The translations under genes and the position numbers were made by a program. A model generated the notes under the pieces. That model made no database searches and was not told where the DNA came from. It saw only the letters and a list, made by a program, of their open reading frames with translations. A stretch of 58,889 nt of DNA from Acidimicrobiia bacterium. GTDB lineage: Bacteria; Actinomycetota; Acidimicrobiia; Acidimicrobiales; Aldehydirespiratoraceae. The stretch spans positions 1-58,889 of the forward strand of contig JAUIML010000003.1 in NCBI GenBank assembly GCA_030432715.1, written 5' to 3'. The stretch's first letter is position 1. Every line of letters starts with the position of its first letter. Positions 28,737-39,004 of the stretch are shown piece by piece.

Positions 28737-30155
28737 TCACGACACCGGCTGCTGGCGGCTCTGCGCGGAGCCAGCCGGGTAGAAGGTGGCCATGATCGCG
28801 GCCGAGATGGCGTAGCACACGACGATCCACGCGTAGCCGGCTCGGAACCCGGCGACGTCGAGATCGGCGGCGAGCGTCAGCACCACGGAGATGCCGATGG
28901 CGTAGCCGACCTGCTGGAGCGTGCGCGTCGTGGCGTTGGCGCTGGCGAACTGTCGCGGTTCGACCTCGGCCATCGCTGCGCTCTGGAGTCCGGCGATGGT
29001 GGCGCCGACACCGAGACCGAGCACGAGCATCGCCGGGATGAAGACCGTGAGGACCTGCTGTTCCTCCGACATCCTCGCCAACAACGACAGATACGAGGCA
29101 CTCGCCGCCATCGCCCCGATCGAGATGACCCAGCGATGCCCGATCCGGTCGGCCAGGCCACCGAACGGTGCGGACGAGACCGCGCCGACCACGGGGCCGG
29201 CCGACATCGCAAAGCCGGTTTGGAGCACGCTCATGTCCCACAGGCTCTGGAGCATGAAGCTGTTGAGCAGGAAGCCTGCGGTGAAGGCGAGCGAGAAGAC
29301 CCAGATCGACGCAGCGGCGACCGAGAACGAGCGGTGGCGAAACAGCGAGAGGTCGAGCAGGGGTGAGGCATGGCGGGCCGAGCGCCACACGACGACGGGC
29401 ATGAGGGCCAACCCGACCAGGATCGGAGCGAGCACCCAACCGTCGGTCCAGCCGTGGGACTCCGAGCGGACGATGCCCGACATCACCAGGCCGACACCGA
29501 CCACGCCGATCGGTACACCGATGAGGTCGAAGCCGGCGGCTGCATCGTCGTCGCGGCTTTCGGGCACGAGGCGGCGGGCGGCCCAGAGCACCGCAGCCCC
29601 CAACGGGATGTTGACCAGGAAGATCAGGCGCCACCCGGAGGCTTCGATCAGCAGCGCCCCAACGGTCGGGCCGAACGCGGCGCCCAGCGCTCCCATCGCG
29701 CCCCACACCCCGATCGCAACGCCGCGCTTCGACAGGGGGAATCGGGGCAGCACCATCGCCAGCGACGCCGGGGTCAACAGTGCCCCGCCGACAGCCTGGA
29801 CGACCCGGGCGGCGATGAGGGCGTTGGCGTTGGGGGCGAGGCCACACAGCGCCGAGCCGAGGAGGAAGCCGACGACCCCGGTCATGAACATGCGTCGTCG
29901 GCCGCGGCGATCGGCGAGCCGACCGGACAGCAACAGGAGCGACGCCAGGGCGATGTTGTAGCCCGACACGACCCACGACAGCTCGGTGGTCGTGGCCTCG
30001 AAGTCGGTCGCGATCGAGGGCAGGGCGACGTTGACCACCGACACGTCGATCACCACCAGGAAGGCCGCCGACGTCGCCACCGCCAGGGCGAGCCACGCCT
30101 CGCGCGACACCTCGGTCGGAGCCGGGGGAACGGGTGGCGGGGTGCGGGACTCCAT
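28737..30155 (-). CDS. MFS DHA2-type efflux transporter
   Basis: DVSVVNVALPSI, GRLADRRGRR, GWRLIFLVNIP. Confidence 0.92.
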   Translation of the reverse strand: MESRTPPPVPPAPTEVSREAWLALAVATSAAFLVVIDVSVVNVALPSIATDFEATTTELSWVVSGYNIALASLLLLSGRLADRRGRRRMFMTGVVGFLLGSALCGLAPNANALIAARVVQAVGGALLTPASLAMVLPRFPLSKRGVAIGVWGAMGALGAAFGPTVGALLIEASGWRLIFLVNIPLGAAVLWAARRLVPESRDDDAAAGFDLIGVPIGVVGVGLVMSGIVRSESHGWTDGWVLAPILVGLALMPVVVWRSARHASPLLDLSLFRHRSFSVAAASIWVFSLAFTAGFLLNSFMLQSLWDMSVLQTGFAMSAGPVVGAVSSAPFGGLADRIGHRWVISIGAMAASASYLSLLARMSEEQQVLTVFIPAMLVLGLGVGATIAGLQSAAMAEVEPRQFASANATTRTLQQVGYAIGISVVLTLAADLDVAGFRAGYAWIVVCYAISAAIMATFYPAGSAQSRQQPVS

Positions 30156-30222
30156 CGGCCCGAGGACCGTAGTCCGGGAATGCCTCCGTCCCCGACGTCG
30201 CGGGTCGTACTCTGGGGGCGAC

Positions 30223-30684
30223 ATGACTTCGACCGTCAACCCGACGCCGCTGCTCGATGGCCCACGACGCAGCCTGGCCCTGGCCCTGATCTCCCTCGTC
30301 CTCGCCCTGATGACGGTCGACGGCGTCGTCACCTGGACCGAGGCTCGCGATGCCGACGACATCGTCGAGCAGGTCGTCGCCGCGAACCCCGATCGCTACC
30401 CGACCGGGGTCGGGGCCAACTGCGGCATCTGCCAGCCCGACGACCGGGCGACGATCGCCGCGAACACCGACGGCGACCGTCTCGACCGCGACACCGTCAC
30501 CGTCAAGACCTGGCTGGCGGTGATCGGCCTGATCGCCTCCGTGGCCCTGACCATCGCGTCCGGCCCCGGGTCGTCGCGCAACGTGCTGGCCGCCGCGATC
30601 GTGATCGCCGCGGCCGCGTTCTTCGTGCCGCTGGTCCTCCACGGCGACACGATCGACATCGTCACGACCGCCCACGGCGGCTAG
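30223..30684 (+). CDS. Hypothetical membrane protein with CGIC motif
   Basis: Three hydrophobic segments; loop contains NCGICQP. Confidence 0.7.
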   Translation: MTSTVNPTPLLDGPRRSLALALISLVLALMTVDGVVTWTEARDADDIVEQVVAANPDRYPTGVGANCGICQPDDRATIAANTDGDRLDRDTVTVKTWLAVIGLIASVALTIASGPGSSRNVLAAAIVIAAAAFFVPLVLHGDTIDIVTTAHGG

Positions 30685-30691
30685 CGCCACC

Positions 30692-31459
30692 GTGCTCGAC
30701 GGACGCGTGGCGGTGGTCACCGGCGGTGGCCGCGGCATCGGCCGCGCCCTGGCCCACTCGATGGCATCGGCCGGGGCCGACGTGGTGATCAGCGCCCGCA
30801 CGGCCACCGACCTCGACCGCGTCGTCGACGAGATCACGCAGTCGGGCGGCCGCGCGACGGCCGCCGTGGCCGATGCGACCGACCGGAGCGACGCGGTCCG
30901 GCCCGTCCAGGCCGCACTCGACACCTACGGCCGCGTCGACATCCTCGTCAACAACGTCGGCGGAACCGCACCGGGCGACCAGCATCCGTACGGCGACGAC
31001 CTCGACGCCATCGAGGCGACGCTGACCCTCAACCTCACGTCGGCGTTCTGGATCACCCACGCCGCGCTCCCCCACATGCGGACGCAGGGCTACGGCCGCG
31101 TGATCTCCATCGGTTCGGGCGCGTCGCGACGGGCCGCCGCCTCGTGGGCCTACACCACCGCCAAACACGGGTTGGTCGGGTTCACGTCACAACTCGCCGC
31201 GATCACCGGGACCGACGGGATCACCGTCAACTGCCTCTGCCCGGGATGGACCAACACCTCGCTCGTGGATTTCGAGCGACTGGCCCGGAGCCGCGACGTC
31301 ACGCCGCGCGAGGCGAGGGCCGCGGCCGAAGCCGAGTCGGCCCAGGGCCGCATCCTGGAGCCCGAGGAACTCGGCCCGCTCGCGGTGCTGCTCGCGTCAC
31401 CGGCGGGCGGTGCGATCACGGGCCAGACCATCGGCGTCGACGGCGGCTACCGCCTCTGA
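30692..31459 (+). CDS. SDR-family oxidoreductase
   Basis: TGGGRGIG, NNVG, YTTAK, PG, VDGG. Confidence 0.94.
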   Translation: MLDGRVAVVTGGGRGIGRALAHSMASAGADVVISARTATDLDRVVDEITQSGGRATAAVADATDRSDAVRPVQAALDTYGRVDILVNNVGGTAPGDQHPYGDDLDAIEATLTLNLTSAFWITHAALPHMRTQGYGRVISIGSGASRRAAASWAYTTAKHGLVGFTSQLAAITGTDGITVNCLCPGWTNTSLVDFERLARSRDVTPREARAAAEAESAQGRILEPEELGPLAVLLASPAGGAITGQTIGVDGGYRL

Positions 31460-32626
31460 GCGTCGGCCCAGACCGGCCACCGGGGCCATGAAGGGGCTGC
31501 GCATGAGGGCGACGGCGAGCAGGGCCGCTCCCGCCACCATGAAGTACATGCCCTCGTAGTCGACGGCGTCGGCGATCACCCCGAGCAGCAACGCGCCGGC
31601 CGAGTTGGCGAGGTCGCCGAACGTGGTCACCGTGGCGACGACCTTGGAACGCTCGTGGTCCTCGGCCGAGTCGACGGCGATCAGCATCAGGAGCGGGACG
31701 TTCCACGCCATCCCCGCGGCGATGACGAACGCACCCACGTAGAGCTGTCCGGCGCCGTCGGCGGTGGCGAGGATGACGGCACCGGTCGCGACGACGGTGT
31801 GCGACACCGAGGCCAGGTTGCGGCGGTCGAAGCGGTCGATCACCCAGCCGCCGGCGAACCGCAGGACGAGGGTGGTGCCCGAGTAGGTGAGCAGCAACCA
31901 ACGCGCCTCCTCGATGCCGAACTCCTCGCTGTAGTCCTGGATGAACCCGTTGAAGCCCATGAAGGTGATGAAGATCAGGAGGTTGACCAGTCCGATCCGG
32001 GCCGCGACCGGGTGGAAGACGTCGCGGAGGCCCTCGGCCGGCCGGACCTCGTCGGGCTTCGTCTCCGGCAGGACGAGTGCCACCAGGGCCGAGAGCCCAG
32101 CGGCGCCCGCCGCGACGGCGAACGTCCAGGCGAAGCCGTGGGCCTGGAGCATCGATTCGCCGAGGATCGGCCCGATCGCGAAGCCGACGAACACCGCCAC
32201 GGAGAACGTCGAGAAGACCCTGGCGCGGTGTCGAGCCGAGGGCATCTCGGTCGCGGTGGTCGCCTGGGCCAGGTACATCAGCGAACTGCACGCGCCGGTC
32301 ATGATCCGCACGAGCAGGAGCACCCACAACTCGCCGGTGTCGGCGGCGGGAACGTGGAGGAGTTGGAACACCGCGATGCCGAGCGCCCCACCGATCATCA
32401 GCGGGCGTCGCCCGATTCGGTCGGATGCGACGCCGGCGACCGGGCGCACGAGCAGCATCCCGAGGGCGAACACCGCGAACGCCAGCCCGATGTCGGTCTT
32501 CGACCCGCCGAGCTCGTCCTCGACCAGTCTGGGAAGCACCGGGAAGGAGATCCCGGCCACCGTGAAATAGGCGATGCCGGCTGCGAACAACGCCAGGACC
32601 CGAGGTGTGTAGGCGCGCTCGCTCAC
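31397..32626 (-). CDS. MFS transporter
   Basis: 12-TM pattern; SDRIGRR and IDRFDRR loop motifs. Confidence 0.88.
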   Translation of the reverse strand: MSERAYTPRVLALFAAGIAYFTVAGISFPVLPRLVEDELGGSKTDIGLAFAVFALGMLLVRPVAGVASDRIGRRPLMIGGALGIAVFQLLHVPAADTGELWVLLLVRIMTGACSSLMYLAQATTATEMPSARHRARVFSTFSVAVFVGFAIGPILGESMLQAHGFAWTFAVAAGAAGLSALVALVLPETKPDEVRPAEGLRDVFHPVAARIGLVNLLIFITFMGFNGFIQDYSEEFGIEEARWLLLTYSGTTLVLRFAGGWVIDRFDRRNLASVSHTVVATGAVILATADGAGQLYVGAFVIAAGMAWNVPLLMLIAVDSAEDHERSKVVATVTTFGDLANSAGALLLGVIADAVDYEGMYFMVAGAALLAVALMRSPFMAPVAGLGRRSEAVAAVDADGLARDRTARR

Positions 32627-32701
32627 CACCAGCACCGTAGGCCGTGGCGCCCGTTTCCACGATCGTGCACACGTGACCGCCACGGCACTAGAACACACTG
32701 C

Positions 32702-33385
32702 GTGCCCGTCGACCCCGACCAACAAGCCGCCGACATCCGTCGGTTCCACAAGTGGGCTCGGCGGATCCGCCGCCTGGGTCACCTGCTCCGCCGGATCTCG
32801 TACCATCCGCCGGAGATCGGCGACGAGATCCCCCGCCGGGTGGTGATGGTGGCCAACCACCGGAGCCTGTCCGACGTCTTCGTCGCCATCGAGGCGCTCG
32901 CCCACTACGACTTCCCGGCCCGATGCCTGGTGCGCGCCAAGTACTTCGAGGCCCCCGGCGCGGGACGATTCCTCCGCACCCTCGGCTGCATCCCGGCCGG
33001 CGACGGCAAGCGACAGTCGATCGAGGTCGCCAAGGAGACGCTCGAGGCCGACCGACCCGTCGCGGTGATGATCGAGGGCAAGATCGTGCCCCCGGATCGA
33101 CGCGAGGCCGACGGACTCGGCGAGATCCGCCCCGGGTTCATCGAGATCGCCCGCGCCGGCAAGGCCGACGTGTTGCCGATCGCCCTCGTGAACACCGAAC
33201 ACATCTGGCGCAGCCGGGGCAGGTTGCCCCGCATTCCGTGGCGCGGACGGCCCCACATCGAGGTCCACACCGGCCGGCTGGTCGAAGTCGAGGGCCGGTC
33301 CGACGAGGAGATCATGGCCGACACCCGTGCGATGATCGCCGGGTACCTGGCCGAGGCCCAGCAATCCGAACTGCGCCGCGCCTGA
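32702..33385 (+). CDS. Lysophospholipid acyltransferase (PlsC family)
   Basis: ANHRSLSD, MIEG, VLPIAL. Confidence 0.88.
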   Translation: MPVDPDQQAADIRRFHKWARRIRRLGHLLRRISYHPPEIGDEIPRRVVMVANHRSLSDVFVAIEALAHYDFPARCLVRAKYFEAPGAGRFLRTLGCIPAGDGKRQSIEVAKETLEADRPVAVMIEGKIVPPDRREADGLGEIRPGFIEIARAGKADVLPIALVNTEHIWRSRGRLPRIPWRGRPHIEVHTGRLVEVEGRSDEEIMADTRAMIAGYLAEAQQSELRRA

Positions 33386-33405
33386 CCCGAAGGGGAGACC
33401 CCGTC

Positions 33406-34896
33406 ATGGGAACCCAACCCAACATCCTCATGATCGTGTCGGACGAGGAACGCCGCAACGGCTGGCTCGCGGGCAAGGCCGACATGCCGGCCCATGACCG
33501 ACTCGCGGCCGACGGCCTCACGTTCAACCGCTACTACACCCACTCGTCGCCGTGCTCGCCCTCGCGGGCCAGCCTCTACACGGGCAGCTATCTCGCCCAG
33601 CACGGGGTGTCGGACAATGTGTCGTTCCCCGCCCACACGGCCCTCGATCCAGCCATCCCGACCATCGGCAGCCTGCTGGTGGACCAGGGGTACTACTCCG
33701 CCTATCTCGGGAAGTGGCACCTCTCCCACGAACACATACCCGAGATGACGCGCCACGGCTACCAGGACTTCCGCGGCAACGACATGCACTACACCGGGGC
33801 CGCGTGGAGCGGAAGGTTCTTCGACCCGATCATCACCGCCGACGCGATCAACTGGCTACGCGACCACGCCCACGACGACCGGCCGTGGCACCTCACCGTC
33901 GCCCTGGTGAACCCCCACGACATCATGTGGTACCCGATCGACCATCCCAGCTATCAGAAGACCAACCCGGAGGACGCCAAGGTCTTCGAGTTCATGCGCA
34001 ACCTCCGGATGGAGGGCGTCCCGGTCGAACCCATGTCGGAGGATTACGCCGAGCGCTTCGACACCCTGCCCGAGAACTTCCACGACGACCTCCACACGAA
34101 GCCCGAGATCCAGCGGGCGTGGCGGCAGGTCCGCAACCACGAGCACTTCGTCGGCACGATGGATCTCGCCGACGAACGATCCTGGCTCCGCCAACTCGAC
34201 TACTACGCGTACCTCCACGAAGAGCTCGACAAGAACCTCGCCGAGCTGCTCGGGACCCTCGACGAGCTCGGGATCTACGACGACACCGTCATCGCCTACA
34301 CGTCCGACCACGGCGATGCGTGCGGCTCCCACGGGCTGCGGGCCAAGTTGCCCTGCGTCTACGAAGAGGTGATGGGGGTGCCGCTGACGATCAAGGCACC
34401 GGGGATCACCCAGCCTGGCACCGAGACCGATGCCCTCGCGACCCATGTCGACCTCGCCGCGACCCTGTGTGCGCTCGGCGGGGTCGATGTCGACGACACG
34501 CCGTCGTTGTCCGGCGTCGACCTGCGGCCCGCGCTCGCCGACCCTGGCGCGTCACCCCGTGACCACGTCTTCTTCAGCCAGGACAGCGCCCAGTCACCAC
34601 TCATCCGCAGCGTCCGCTATGCCGTGCGCGGCTTCTTCGACGGCGCGACCAAGTACGCCCGCTACTACGGCATCGGCGGCGGCATCGAACGCGATGGCCG
34701 ACCGGCCGAGTCACCCAAACTCTTCGACGTCGATGCCGCGTTCGAGGATCACGATCACGAGTGGTACGACCTCGACGAGGACCCCCACGAGCTCGTCAAC
34801 CTGGCCAACGACCCGAGTCGCCGCGACGAACTCCGGGCCAACTTCGCCCGCCTGCTCGACATCGAGGCGGCCGAACTCGGCGCCCCGCAGACCTAG
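33406..34896 (+). CDS. Formylglycine-dependent sulfatase (no signal peptide)
   Basis: PNILMIVSDE, CSPSR, GKWHL, TSDHG, YDLDEDPHELVNLA. Confidence 0.93.
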   Translation: MGTQPNILMIVSDEERRNGWLAGKADMPAHDRLAADGLTFNRYYTHSSPCSPSRASLYTGSYLAQHGVSDNVSFPAHTALDPAIPTIGSLLVDQGYYSAYLGKWHLSHEHIPEMTRHGYQDFRGNDMHYTGAAWSGRFFDPIITADAINWLRDHAHDDRPWHLTVALVNPHDIMWYPIDHPSYQKTNPEDAKVFEFMRNLRMEGVPVEPMSEDYAERFDTLPENFHDDLHTKPEIQRAWRQVRNHEHFVGTMDLADERSWLRQLDYYAYLHEELDKNLAELLGTLDELGIYDDTVIAYTSDHGDACGSHGLRAKLPCVYEEVMGVPLTIKAPGITQPGTETDALATHVDLAATLCALGGVDVDDTPSLSGVDLRPALADPGASPRDHVFFSQDSAQSPLIRSVRYAVRGFFDGATKYARYYGIGGGIERDGRPAESPKLFDVDAAFEDHDHEWYDLDEDPHELVNLANDPSRRDELRANFARLLDIEAAELGAPQT

Positions 34897-35594
34897 TACT
34901 CCGACGGTCGGGGATCCATGTAGACGAGGAGCCGACCGAGGTCGTCGGAGGTCGTCAACTTGATGTTCGAGCGGGGCGATTCGACCAGTCCGATGTTCGC
35001 GCCGAGCCGTCTCGCCATGTCGAGCGTGGTCTCTCCCGACTCGCCTCCGCGCATCTCCTCGGCGATGCGCCGCAGGAGGCTGAGGCGGTAGGCGGTGGGG
35101 TCGACGGTGAACCCGGTGATGTCTCGCGAGATGACCCAGTCGAGGTTGTCGTTGGCCCGCACGAAGGTCGTTTCGTTGGACCGCACGAACGCCTGCATGC
35201 CGTCGTGCTCGCCGATGCCGTCGACGATCGCCTCGATCAACTCGTCGGGGGTGTTGGGCGAGGCCGCGTTGCGCAGGATCGCGGCGGCGTCGGGATCCAT
35301 GTCGTCGGGAATGGCGGCGATTCCCGCCAGCACCGACTCGCGGCGCGTGTCCCCGCCCACCACCATGTCGATCTCACGGCCCGGAAGGTGGTCGCGGATG
35401 TGACCGGCGATCTCCTCACGGGCGGACTCGCCGACGACCGTGACCACGTGATGCCCGAGCCGGGTGTGTTGGTCGAGGGAATGGATCAGGACGGGGCGGC
35501 CCAGCAAGGGGAGGAGTTGCTTGGGACGATTCGCGCCGAATCGACTTCCGGTCCCGGCGGCGAGAACGATCGCAACCGGGCGTGGTCCACTCAC
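34893..35594 (-). CDS. IspD/TarI-like nucleotidyltransferase (divergent)
   Basis: LAAGTGSRFG..PKQ, GGDTRRESV, NIKLTTSDDL; RNAASP in place of HDxxRP. Confidence 0.8.
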   Translation of the reverse strand: MSGPRPVAIVLAAGTGSRFGANRPKQLLPLLGRPVLIHSLDQHTRLGHHVVTVVGESAREEIAGHIRDHLPGREIDMVVGGDTRRESVLAGIAAIPDDMDPDAAAILRNAASPNTPDELIEAIVDGIGEHDGMQAFVRSNETTFVRANDNLDWVISRDITGFTVDPTAYRLSLLRRIAEEMRGGESGETTLDMARRLGANIGLVESPRSNIKLTTSDDLGRLLVYMDPRPSEY

Positions 35595-36523
35595 GGCATC
35601 CCGAGAACGGCGTCGATCGTGGGCGCGAGCGCATCGGCCAGGGAGGGCATTCGCGGGGCGGCGAAGGCAATCATGCGCTCGGCATCGGCGAGGGTCACCG
35701 TGAGCGTCCCGTCGCGGGGTTCGCGATAGGAGACCTCGAGGTCGCGGCCGGCGACCGCCGAGAACGTGCGGGTCAGGTCGTCGAGGGTCGTCGCCTCGCC
35801 AGAGCCGCAGTTGAGCGAAGGCGGCGGCGTGCGGTCGGCGAGGGCGGCCGCGACACAGGTGTCGACCACGGTGTCGATCGACACGAAGTCGCGCACCGTC
35901 TCGGGGCTTCCCGGGAGAACCACCCGTCCACCGTGGCACGCCGCGTCGAGCAGTGCACCGACATAGCCGGTGTTGGTCGGCTGGCCCGGACCGAAGACGG
36001 AGAACGGACGGATGGAACACACCTCGAGCCCGTGGTCGGCCGCGAACCGGACGCCGTACTGCTCGGCGACGACCTTGCCCAGCGCGTAGGCATCGATGGG
36101 GACCACGAGGTCGTCCTCGTGCGACGGTCGACCCTGGTTCTCGCCGTAGACCTTGGCGCTCGACAGGTTCACGAGGCGGGGGACCCCGTACTCGACCATG
36201 GCCTCCAACAGTCCGAGGGTGCCGGAGACGTTGACCTCGATGTGACGCAACGGCTGCGACTCGACCTCGTCGACCTGGTGCACGCCGGCGCAGTGCACGA
36301 CGGCATCGACACCCTGGAGGTGGTGCGTCCACTGATCGCGGTCGAGGATGTCGGCGACCACGATCTCGGGCTCACGATCGAGCGCGCGGGCAGCCAACCC
36401 GGGAAGGGTCACGGCGCCGAACCGGGGAAGATCGACGACGGTGACGCGTACGCCTTGCTCGAGCAGCGTCAGGCCGACGTGGTGGCCGATGAAGCCGACC
36501 CCTCCGGTGATGAGGACGTGCAC
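35591..36523 (-). CDS. NAD-dependent epimerase/dehydratase
   Basis: ITGGVGFIG, SSAKVYG, YALGK, RPFSVFGPG, RDFV. Confidence 0.92.
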   Translation of the reverse strand: MHVLITGGVGFIGHHVGLTLLEQGVRVTVVDLPRFGAVTLPGLAARALDREPEIVVADILDRDQWTHHLQGVDAVVHCAGVHQVDEVESQPLRHIEVNVSGTLGLLEAMVEYGVPRLVNLSSAKVYGENQGRPSHEDDLVVPIDAYALGKVVAEQYGVRFAADHGLEVCSIRPFSVFGPGQPTNTGYVGALLDAACHGGRVVLPGSPETVRDFVSIDTVVDTCVAAALADRTPPPSLNCGSGEATTLDDLTRTFSAVAGRDLEVSYREPRDGTLTVTLADAERMIAFAAPRMPSLADALAPTIDAVLGMP

Positions 36524-36536
36524 GGGGCGAGGCCGG

Positions 36537-37373
36537 TCAGTTCGTCCGTCGGCTTCCCCACCCGGCGATGTTCGGGCCGGGAGGAGGCAACGTCGGAGTG
36601 GTGCGCCGTTGTTCGAGATCCTGCGAGCGACGAACCAGCTCGGCTTCCCACTCGACGAGCTCGGCTTCACGGTCGCGCAGCGTCTGCTCGCGAAGGTCGA
36701 ACTCACCGTCGCGAAGATCGATCTCGTCGTCGCGGAGATCGATCTCGGGATCAGCCGGCCCGTCGTCGGCGGCGCTCTCTCGCTCGTCGATCGTGGTGAT
36801 GGCCTCGTCGACCAGGCGCTGGGCCTCCAGCCGCTCGGCCTCGATCACGGCACGGAGTTCGCCGAGTTCGCGCTCGGCATCGCCGACCGCTGCGAGGCGA
36901 CTGTCGGCCTGCTCCTCCAGGTCGATGAGTTCGGCTCGGCGGGCGGCCACCTGACCCTCGTGCTCACGCACGCGTTCCCACGCTTCCGCGAGGCGCTCGG
37001 CTTCGGCCTCGGCGGTCGCGGCGATCGCCCCCTTGGCTTCGACGGCCTCGCTCGAAGCCTTGGCCCGGATGGCCGCTGCTTCCGTTCGTGCCTCGCGGAC
37101 GGCGGCTTCCATCCGCGAGAGATCGAGTTGGAGCCGTTCGTGAGCCCGACGAGCGTCGGCGACTTCGCTCAGCGTCGTCTCGAGGGTGGCGTTGGCCGAC
37201 TCGATCTGGGCCCGCATCGCGTCGATCGCCTCGCGCTTCTGCTCGTGGAGCAAGGTGACCACCCGGTTGGCGGTGGCCTCGCCGCACTCGCGCCGAATCG
37301 CCTGGGCGACGCGGGTGATGATCACGCCCCACTCCCCCGCTTCGAGGGCTTCGTTCTCGTCGAGTGTGGTCAC
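36537..37373 (-). CDS. Coiled-coil hypothetical protein
   Basis: A/E/R-rich heptads with C-terminal (I/F)DLRD repeats; GTGA overlap with wzc. Confidence 0.75.
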   Translation of the reverse strand: MTTLDENEALEAGEWGVIITRVAQAIRRECGEATANRVVTLLHEQKREAIDAMRAQIESANATLETTLSEVADARRAHERLQLDLSRMEAAVREARTEAAAIRAKASSEAVEAKGAIAATAEAEAERLAEAWERVREHEGQVAARRAELIDLEEQADSRLAAVGDAERELGELRAVIEAERLEAQRLVDEAITTIDERESAADDGPADPEIDLRDDEIDLRDGEFDLREQTLRDREAELVEWEAELVRRSQDLEQRRTTPTLPPPGPNIAGWGSRRTN

Positions 37374-39004
37374 AGCAGGGCTCGTTCCTTGTCGCGACCG
37401 CGTTGGCCGGCGAGGTAGATCGGGTGGCTCGCCCGCGAGCGGTTGGCCACGAGGCCGACCAGGTTGGCGCCCGAGTTGCGAAGAAGGTCGATCGTCAGCT
37501 GGAGCTCTTCACGACGGGAGTCGGCGGGGTCGTACACGACCACCACGGCATCGGCCTGCAGGGCGACGAGACGGGAGTCGGACGTGCCGAGGGTGGGCAT
37601 CGCGTCGACGATGATGAGGTCGTAGGCATCCGAGAGCTGCTCGAGGGCGAGCCCGAAGCGATCCGACCGCAGGAGGTCGCTGGCCGAATCCGACTGGGCA
37701 CAGTCGATCACGTGGAGGGTGGGGAGATGGGTGGGGATCAACACGTCTTCGATGGCCGCGTGGCCGGCCAGGAGATCGGTGAGCCCCATGCCCCGATGCT
37801 CGAGCTCGAGCCGATCGACGACCGAGGGGTTGGCGAAGTCGGTGTCGATGACGAGCACCCGGGTGCCCCTCGAGGCCTCGGCCTGCGCGACGTTGACGAC
37901 GGTCTGGGTCTTGCCGACGCCGGCCCGATCCGAGCTGAAGACGATGCTCTGGAGCGGGTTGGACACGTTGCTCAGCCAGAGGCTGTTGAGCAGGACCTGG
38001 TACCCCTGGAGTTCCTTCGGTGACAGGTCGGCGAAACGCTTGATGCGGCCCGGCGCGCTGCGCTCGCTGCGGATCTCGCCGATCGTGGCCATCACCGGGG
38101 TCTCCACGAGACGGGCCAGCTCGGCCCCGTCGAAGGGACGGCTGTCGAGCAGATCCCGCAGGATGGCGAGGATCGCACCGACGATGAGACTGACCACCAC
38201 GGCCAACACGATGTTGCGGGGGATGTCGGGCGAGATCGGCGAGGATGGGGCCTCCGGCCGGCGAAGGAGCACACCGATCGACTCCGGATCCTCCAGATCG
38301 ACCAGCAGACCGCGGAGTTCCGCGATCCGGACGTCGAGTCGGCCGATCTGCGAGCTCAGGCCGTTGAGCGTCGGCTGTCGTTCGGCCACGAGGAGCTGAT
38401 ACGTGGAATCGGCAGCCAGCCGGTCGATTTCGCTCACCGCCGCGTCGACGGCGAGACGGGCCTCCTCGAGTTCCTCGTTGATCACCCGCCGATCGGCGGC
38501 GACATTGGCCCGCGTGGTCTCGACCGCTTCCAGTTGCTCGCTGAACGCAGTGCGGAACTCGTCGAGCCGTGCCTGCAGGTAGGTCTCCGCGGCCGCTTCG
38601 GCCCCGATTCGCGCGAGCTCGGCTTCCGGTGCTTCGACGGTGAGGGCGATCACGTTGATCTCCTCGGTCTTCTGGGCGGAGGCCTGGGCCAGGAGCTCGG
38701 CATCGACCTCGGCACGGAAGCCGGCAGCCTCCTCGACGGCGTCGAGATACTGGTCACGCCTGAAGTAGGCGAGTTCGGCAATCGGCTCGCGGAAGAGCTC
38801 GTCGTCGCGCTGCTGGAAGAGCGCCTGGTTCTCCTCCGTCAGCACCTCGACCACGGCGCGTGACGAGTAGGTCGCTTCTCGTGTGAAGGAGATGATCGCG
38901 ACGAGTCCCACGACGAGGACGATGGTGCCCGCGACCCAAGGCCAGCGCCTCCGGAACAGGGCGACGTAATCGCCGAGTCCCAGTTCCTCCGAGTTCTGTT
39001 CCAC
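37370..39004 (-). CDS. Wzz/Wzc-type polysaccharide co-polymerase with BY-kinase-like ATPase domain
   Basis: N-terminal TM after RRRW, coiled coil, PSSPISP + TM, AGVGKT, VIDTD, IIVDAMP. Confidence 0.9.
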   Translation of the reverse strand: MEQNSEELGLGDYVALFRRRWPWVAGTIVLVVGLVAIISFTREATYSSRAVVEVLTEENQALFQQRDDELFREPIAELAYFRRDQYLDAVEEAAGFRAEVDAELLAQASAQKTEEINVIALTVEAPEAELARIGAEAAAETYLQARLDEFRTAFSEQLEAVETTRANVAADRRVINEELEEARLAVDAAVSEIDRLAADSTYQLLVAERQPTLNGLSSQIGRLDVRIAELRGLLVDLEDPESIGVLLRRPEAPSSPISPDIPRNIVLAVVVSLIVGAILAILRDLLDSRPFDGAELARLVETPVMATIGEIRSERSAPGRIKRFADLSPKELQGYQVLLNSLWLSNVSNPLQSIVFSSDRAGVGKTQTVVNVAQAEASRGTRVLVIDTDFANPSVVDRLELEHRGMGLTDLLAGHAAIEDVLIPTHLPTLHVIDCAQSDSASDLLRSDRFGLALEQLSDAYDLIIVDAMPTLGTSDSRLVALQADAVVVVYDPADSRREELQLTIDLLRNSGANLVGLVANRSRASHPIYLAGQRGRDKERALL

